A DNA stretch of 60,000 nucleotides from assembly GCF_037042905.1 (NCBI RefSeq), contig NC_087245.1, forward strand, positions 27,902,001 through 27,962,000, in the 5' to 3' direction. The position numbers and the translations under genes were made by a program. The notes under the pieces were generated by a model that had not been told where the DNA came from, did not search any database, and worked only from the letters and a program-made list of their open reading frames with translations. This DNA is from Lytechinus pictus. Its lineage: Eukaryota. Below, piece after piece: positions 56,501 through 60,000 of this stretch (its first letter is position 1; each line of letters starts with the position of its first letter).

Positions 56501-59500
56501 TGATGCCGGACTGTTGTCTGCTGATGGAACTGGCTACCGTTACCACCACAGTGATGACACTCATGAAATGGATTCCTTACATGGAGCTGTCAATCCCGGG
56601 AAGCCACCAGATAACTCACAGTCTGGTGGGAGTCATGGTGGAACTGGAGGAAGAGACCAAAATGGTCAGTCTGGACTCCCTTACGGTGACCTGTATCAGC
56701 CGTATGTCTTTGGAAGTTCTGGAGCAAGAGTTGGTAGTGGCTCAGGAGGGGGTATCATCTGGATGAATGTTACAGGTATACATGTATTTACATTGAGCAC
56801 CTGTTAATAGCAGTAATAACACTAGCTATTATTTGAAATATGGAGATATACTTGATATAATATATGCAGTTATGAGAATAAATCTTATGCTGTTTATTCA
56901 TAATTCTTAAACCTGTCTAATTGGATCAGTACTTTAGTGATCTGATCTCATGATCTGTTCAAATAGGGAATACAGATGTCTGTTTTAGGCCTGTCCGAAG
57001 GTCCAGTAATGTAAATCTTTCCTTACTATTCTTGCATTCCAATCTTAGAATGGTGTAGTGGCTGTTATATCAAATTTCACTGATTGATGTTTTGTAAAAT
57101 ATTCTGATATATCTTTGGTCAAAAGTATATTTGATTTTGAAGGCCTTCTGTATATATGTATAAAAAGCTATCTATGAAGGATGTAACCTAAACTTGTCAT
57201 CCTTTTCAAAGCTGAAATGCTAGAAAGTAACTTGTGCCAAAAATCATGTTTTAAAGATTTTCATTTTGGCAACTTTTTATTCCAACATTAATATTGATGA
57301 TATTTTTTTCCCCCAATAAATATCAGATTTTTTGTTCATTTCACTCTACCTATCAACATTATAATGCACTTATAAGTTTTTTTTTTAACAATCCATTGAA
57401 GTTCTTAAGATGAATAATCTTTAAAGTCATTTAAATTTGATATAGGCTTTACTGTGGTTTTTATATTCTAAACATTGAAAATACTGATGTTTATTTCCAT
57501 ACATTTGATAATGAGCACCCTTTCGTTTTACAGGTGCGATACACGTGGATGGTGAAGTGACAGCCAGAGGTGGAATCGGAGATGGTCATGGAGGTGGAAG
57601 TGGTGGTAGCATTTGGATCTACTGCTTCACCGTCAAAGGCTATGGACGATTCTCAGTCGATGGTGGTGATGGCACAACAGGTGGTGGAGGAGGAGGAGGA
57701 CGATTTGCTCTGTACTTCAGGGAGAATCTTACTTCAACCGGATTCAGCTATCATGCAAGGGGCGGAAGATCGAACAATGCTGAGAATGGTGGAGCCGGGA
57801 CTGCGTTTCTGTATGACCTTGTCATAGAACATCGCACACTTATCCTTGACAATGGTGGACTTCAGCCGAGGACTGAGCATCATACACTCTGGAACTACAC
57901 CGAGGTTGCAAGAGATGGCTGTCGAACATGGATCTTACCACAATCTGGTCGTCACTTTCTTGCTAATGGCACTTACTCCTATCACTTTGAGGAACTTCAG
58001 GTGTATGGAGCTGCTCATGCAGCAGTTCTAACTGATCCGGTGGATTCCTTTGCATCTCTTTTTTTCCTTTATATGATAGGGGATCGCACTGGGACGTTCC
58101 ATATTGGCTTCAACCAGACCCTAGACCTCGAAAGACCGGAAATAGATCTACCATTTAGTGCCAGAGTCTACCATGGTGGTTATCTTGGACTGGCCCCAGA
58201 TACTATTGTACATGGTGTCAGCATATGGATGCATGGTGAGCTTGATCATGTAGAGTTCCTGATAATCCGTTGGTATGGACACTTCTCAATGGAGCATGGA
58301 GGACATACTGAGGGTCAGAAAAGCAGTTTGTACAACTTTACCTCAGTGACAGTACAAGATTTTGCTCTCATGTCTGGCATATCCTCAACCACCTTAGACC
58401 CAGGGATCACTCTCACTGTGGAAACCCTAGATATTGAAGGAGGCGGAGAAGCCAGATTTTCTCACGCTTTCATTCAAGCAGAAAATCTTACAATTGATGA
58501 TGGAGGCCATCTGAATAGTAATGGGCTTGGGTACAATACAACAGACAATATGGACATATCTAAAGGTGTGAATCTTGGCAGAGGTGCAGCACATTCATGG
58601 GGTAGTTCTGGAGGCGGTCATGGTGGAACAAGTGGACGTGGTCAAGGGACAGAACTAACCGGCCAACCTTATGGTAATCTCTACGAGCCATTTGATATTG
58701 GAAGTGTAGGAGGAGGAGGTAATGGTGGGTTTGGAGGAGGATTCCTCCTGCTCAATGTATCAGACACTGTCAAAATTGATGGAATCATGAGTGCGGATGG
58801 AGCCAATGGTGGAGGCACTTCTGGTGGCGGAAGTGGAGGCAGCATCCTCATGAACTGCAATCTCATAAAGGGTAGGGGGTTTATAACGGCTAATGGTGGC
58901 AATGGTGGAGGTAGTGGAGGTGGAGGTTCTGGTGGTAGGATTGCCGTGTATCTCATGAGGAATGAGACATTCAGAGGAAAGTTTCTCTCTCATGGTGGGG
59001 ATGGCTTCGAGCCTGGTGGACCAGGGACAGTATTTCTCTACCATCTTTTCTATAAACATCGTACATTGCTTGTTGAAAATGCCTTCCGTGAGAGCATCTT
59101 TGTCGCTCCTATCGACTCATACTTTGATATCTCTAGAGACAGCTTCAAAGCTTGGGTCCTCCCACAGTCAGGAGAGCATCATTTTGCTGGTGGTACCCAT
59201 GATTATCGCTTTGATGAACTTCAGATCTATGGAAATGCTCACTTTGCAATTCTTGCAGAGCCTCGCAATCACAGTGCCTCACTTCACTTTTTACACATGA
59301 TTGGAGACCGGTCTGGGGTGATTCATGTTGGTCCTAACCAGGTAATGGACTTGAAGCGTGAATTAATTGACACTCCTTTCAGCTCCTACGTGTACAGAGA
59401 TGGTTATCTTGGCCTAGGGTATTCTACAATCCTTAGTTACGTGTTCATTCACAATGCCGGTACCATAGACCATATTCATGACCTCACCATGTACAATGGT

Positions 59501-59644
59501 GCTACAATCTATGCACAGCTATCAGGGTCCACATACAGCCTTCCAGAACGAGAATTCCACTTCAACGGAACTGTACGCATCAAGGCACGGTCGGTTTTCA
59601 ACTTTTCAGCTCCATTTGCCCCATCAGAATCATACCATTTAAAG
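17413..59644 (+). CDS. Partial multi-exon gene (29 exons, >3,300 aa) for a giant, probably extracellular glycine-rich repeat / beta-solenoid-like protein with a discoidin-like insert; open at both ends
   Basis: Manually chained AG...GT exons with consistent phases and no in-frame stops. Recurring motifs include GAGHGGxGG, YGxxYEP, GGGSGGSIW, GGGGRIA, GGPGT, HRTLxVDN, FEELQxYGNAH, MIGDRxG and IDLPF. Many NxS/T sequons. Confidence 0.92.
17848..18060. repeat. Dispersed repeat also present at ~14858-15060; probable distal part at ~19240-19620
   Basis: Shared CACTTCCATTGACGAGTGGA...AAAAGCACCCTA...GTATTGGAAACAAA. Confidence 0.7.
18076..19055 (+). mobile_element. Helentron/DINE-1-like (HINE) element with internal ~150-160-bp tandem repeats
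   Basis: Same architecture and repeat unit as 29391-30454; 3' end GGTGGGCGTA...CGACACTCTTGTT. Confidence 0.78.
20689..20926 (+). CDS. Exon A2 (INGLVSANG...GGGSGGSIY...GGQP)
   Basis: ctccag|ATA, CAG|gtatgt; phase 0 to 1. Confidence 0.92.
21975..22159 (+). CDS. Exon A3, discoidin/F5-8C-like first half (LTAIRTSG...EYVGQYSIAISLDG...YK)
   Basis: tttcag|AG, AAG|gtacaa; phase 1 to 0; absent from ORF track. Confidence 0.82.
23212..23386 (+). CDS. Exon A4, discoidin-like second half (IFEGNS...NYLDIPVLAKAV...IDVQLIG)
   Basis: tttcag|CGG, CTG|gtaagt; phase 0 to 1. Confidence 0.82.
23443..25585. mobile_element. 2.1-kb non-autonomous hAT-type element containing a ~590-bp tandem duplication
   Basis: Perfect 17-bp TIR CAAGCCTTGAAATAAGC / GCTTATTTCAAGGCTTG; exact 8-bp TSD TTTGTATT. 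Confidence 0.9.
26120..26158 (+). CDS. Micro-exon A5 (39 nt; ETETDIDCGQHSQ)
   Basis: tcttag|AA, AAG|gtgagt; symmetric phase 1-1. Confidence 0.65.
27081..27157 (+). CDS. Exon A6 (GAEAGGPGTIYNDEQIIINNLRQLPV)
   Basis: tttcag|GG, GTG|gtatgt; carries the GGPGT repeat motif. Confidence 0.85.
29391..30454 (+). mobile_element. HINE-like element with ~6 copies of a ~157-bp repeat
   Basis: 5' TACGCCCGTC..GACGGG hairpin, (GTCC)n microsatellite, tandem array, 3' GGGCGTA sub-TIR, T-rich flanks. Confidence 0.82.
30978..31023 (+). CDS. Micro-exon A7 (46 nt; LYYHEECTEILWSES)
   Basis: acacag|CTG, CTG|gtaggt; supplies the phase 0 to 1 bridge between A6 and A8. Confidence 0.75.
31522..33021 (+). CDS. Exon A8 (1500 nt, beta-rich non-Gly segment)
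   Basis: tcacag|GT, CAAA|gtaagg; overlaps ORF 31545-33161. Confidence 0.9.
33113..34914. mobile_element. 1.8-kb Tc1/mariner-type foldback element, no transposase
   Basis: TA|CAGTGCGTCCCAAAAA...TTTTTGGGACGCACTG|TA; inverted similarity extends ~550 bp. Confidence 0.88.
35632..35796 (+). CDS. Exon A9 (NSTLEPSSIDTG...GGYLSDNGP)
   Basis: aaatag|GG, CTG|gtaaga. Confidence 0.88.
35844..36061. mobile_element. Palindromic MITE
   Basis: GGGGTGTTGCAAGAAA..TTGCGATCAATTGCAA / TTGCAATTGATCGCAA..TTTCTTGCAACACCCC. Confidence 0.8.
36079..37314 (+). mobile_element. HINE-like element of a second family with five 155/157-bp repeats
   Basis: Sub-TIR TGTATCCCCGAAC / GTTCGGGGGATACA, (CCG)n microsatellite, array at 36141-36900. 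Confidence 0.8.
37863..38113 (+). CDS. Exon A10 (GASGASHGGRGG...PYGSIYTPG...ANGQNAE)
   Basis: ttgaag|GT, GAG|gtaaat; Gly module. Confidence 0.9.
38574..38757 (+). CDS. Exon A11 (GGGSGGSVWVSC...GGGSGGRVLI)
   Basis: cataag|GGA, CAG|gtaaaa. Confidence 0.9.
39655..39752 (+). CDS. Exon A12 (GGNVGGPGLIYIE...LRVENKCRMPQ)
   Basis: ataaag|GT, CAG|gtaaga. Confidence 0.85.
41154..41220 (+). CDS. Exon A13 (67 nt; VTFPSSSMDRALEESYYQFTLS)
   Basis: gaccag|GTG, CAG|gtacac; phase bridge. Confidence 0.75.
41939..42117 (+). CDS. Exon A14 (FTAIRINGSAHLA...IYGDDTGHIHVGP)
   Basis: gcgtag|GT, GAT|gtgagt. Confidence 0.9.
42461..42683 (+). CDS. Exon A15 (TWAYKYQKVNWAPVIYE...HLLVGT)
   Basis: tttcag|ACT, CAG|gtattt. 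Confidence 0.87.
43183..43310 (+). CDS. Exon A16 (CQLRMAV...LTVQDGG...WNIK)
   Basis: catcag|GT, AAG|gtaata. Confidence 0.88.
44842..45073 (+). CDS. Exon A17 (VWPFEGECHACKTGTVTIEGGG...GAGHGGIGGRG)
   Basis: aaacag|GTA; donor AAG|gtctgt is weak but phase-compatible with A18. Confidence 0.82.
45407..45487 (+). CDS. Exon A18 (AHVGVTYGSVRQPADFGSG)
   Basis: ttgtag|AA, CAG|gtaatg. Confidence 0.87.
45997..46148 (+). CDS. Exon A19 (GGVLRF...SGGSIWITC)
   Basis: ttaaag|GA, ATG|gtaact. Confidence 0.89.
46230..46562. repeat. Degenerate (GAT)n microsatellite
   Basis: GATGATGAT runs filling most of the intron between A19 and A20. Confidence 0.85.
46577..46738 (+). CDS. Exon A20 (VNGGQG...GGGGRLAVYY...GGAGTVYLE)
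   Basis: tttcag|GTT, GAG|gtatat. Confidence 0.9.
46748..47240 (+). mobile_element. Short HINE-like element (two ~143-bp repeats)
   Basis: ATGCCCCTGC / GCAGAGGCAT sub-TIR, (GTCC)n, duplicated CGCAATAACTCA...GGTCAAAGGTCACAGCTC. Confidence 0.7.
47968..48145. mobile_element. Small TA-flanked Tc1/mariner-like MITE
   Basis: TA|CAGTCTAACCGGTCT...AGATAGGTTTGACCG|TA; internal TGGCCACC repeats. Confidence 0.6.
49098..49306 (+). CDS. Exon A21 (DQSIGRQNQTLYMNNNG...GSSHMAL)
   Basis: gttcag|GAT, CA|gtatgt; phase 0 to 2. Confidence 0.88.
49811..49990 (+). CDS. Exon A22 (FQAKILVGDQESYLHVGPGQ...)
   Basis: attcag|A, AG|gtatct; phase 2-2. Confidence 0.89.
50578..50969 (+). CDS. Exon A23 (GTISTHAMTVG...IDDLGHL...RGAS)
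   Basis: aatcag|G, CAG|gtaata; phase 2 to 1. Confidence 0.9.
51117..51540. mobile_element. ~420-bp near-palindromic MITE
   Basis: GGCCCGAATTCACA...AAACCCACGGTTGAGTCCATGGTTTATGCA / TGCATAAACCATGGATTCAACCGTGGGTTT...TGTGAATTCGGGTC. Confidence 0.85.
51948..52210 (+). CDS. Exon A24 (GAGHGGRGG...YEPSSLG...GGGSGGSIEV)
   Basis: aattag|GT, CAG|gtaaac. Confidence 0.91.
53295..53499 (+). CDS. Exon A25 (GYGTVSANGG...GGPGTMFFYHT)
   Basis: ttacag|GGC, CAG|gttagt. Confidence 0.91.
53732..53869 (+). CDS. Exon A26 (FNHRTLIVDNHG...RAWILP)
   Basis: tttcag|AA, CAG|gtaggt. Confidence 0.9.
53930..54006 (-). mobile_element. tRNA-derived SINE head (degenerate)
   Basis: Minus strand GGGGTTGCATAGTGTAGTGG (A box) ... 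GGTTCAAATCC (B box); no intact cloverleaf. Confidence 0.55.
54253..54963 (+). CDS. Exon A27 (711 nt)
   Basis: gtctag|GC, ATG|gtgggt; within ORF 54180-55013. Confidence 0.9.
55333..56775 (+). CDS. Exon A28 (1443 nt)
   Basis: ttgtag|GT, CAG|gtatac; within ORF 55260-56807. Confidence 0.93.
57534..59644 (+). CDS. Exon A29 (2111 nt); the gene probably continues beyond the window
   Basis: ttacag|GT, AAG|gtaatg; within ORF 57545-59689. Confidence 0.93.
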
Positions 59645-60000
59645 GTAATGCCAATCACAGGTAAAAGTGTGAAGAGAGATTTGCCTTGAGCATGATGTTG
59701 AACAAAACTGTTAGCTAGCAAAGGAAAATGATTGCATAGATTGCTTTAAAACAACTTTTGACATTTCATCTAATCACATAAAAAACAGCAAATGAGAAAG
59801 TGAGAAATAGTATTCTAAAGAATTTGTCAAATTACATATAATACTTAGCAAGAAACATTCTTTTAATTTTGATCAATATCCCTATCAAATATTTGTAGCT
59901 GTCCAAATGTATTTTCATACCCTTTTCTTTATCCTTCCCTTCTTCCTAGCAATTCAAGACCTAATTCTATTATTTTGTAAGTTAACAAGTACAATGATGA

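Noticed and set aside
57534..59644. Bacterial contamination or autotransporter gene
   Set aside because: The exon is embedded in a continuous chain of spliceosomal introns carrying host-type repeats
59645..59689. Stop codon at 59689 as the end of the gene
   Set aside because: A good donor (AAG|gtaatg) at 59644 precedes it and the repeat is incomplete, so the gene probably continues

Overview
AT-rich, repeat-dense eukaryotic genomic DNA. The repeat families resemble those of marine invertebrates, probably an echinoderm such as a sea urchin (inference). The dominant feature is one very large spliced gene on the + strand. I traced 29 GT-AG exons from 17413 to 59644 (10,004 coding nt, about 3,330 codons, phases compatible at every junction). 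Neither the start nor the stop codon was found in the window. The protein is built from roughly 410-450 aa super-repeats, each a polyglycine module plus a His/Gly-patterned beta-rich segment. It also contains a 500-aa non-Gly beta-rich exon and a divergent discoidin (F5/8 type C)-like cassette inserted between phase-1 introns. The first 17 kb and the introns contain non-autonomous DNA transposons (hAT-, Tc1/mariner- and TTAA-type), Helentron/DINE-like elements carrying ~155-bp satellite arrays, decayed LINE and SINE fragments, and simple repeats. No prokaryotic features, rRNA, intact tRNA or CRISPR arrays were found.
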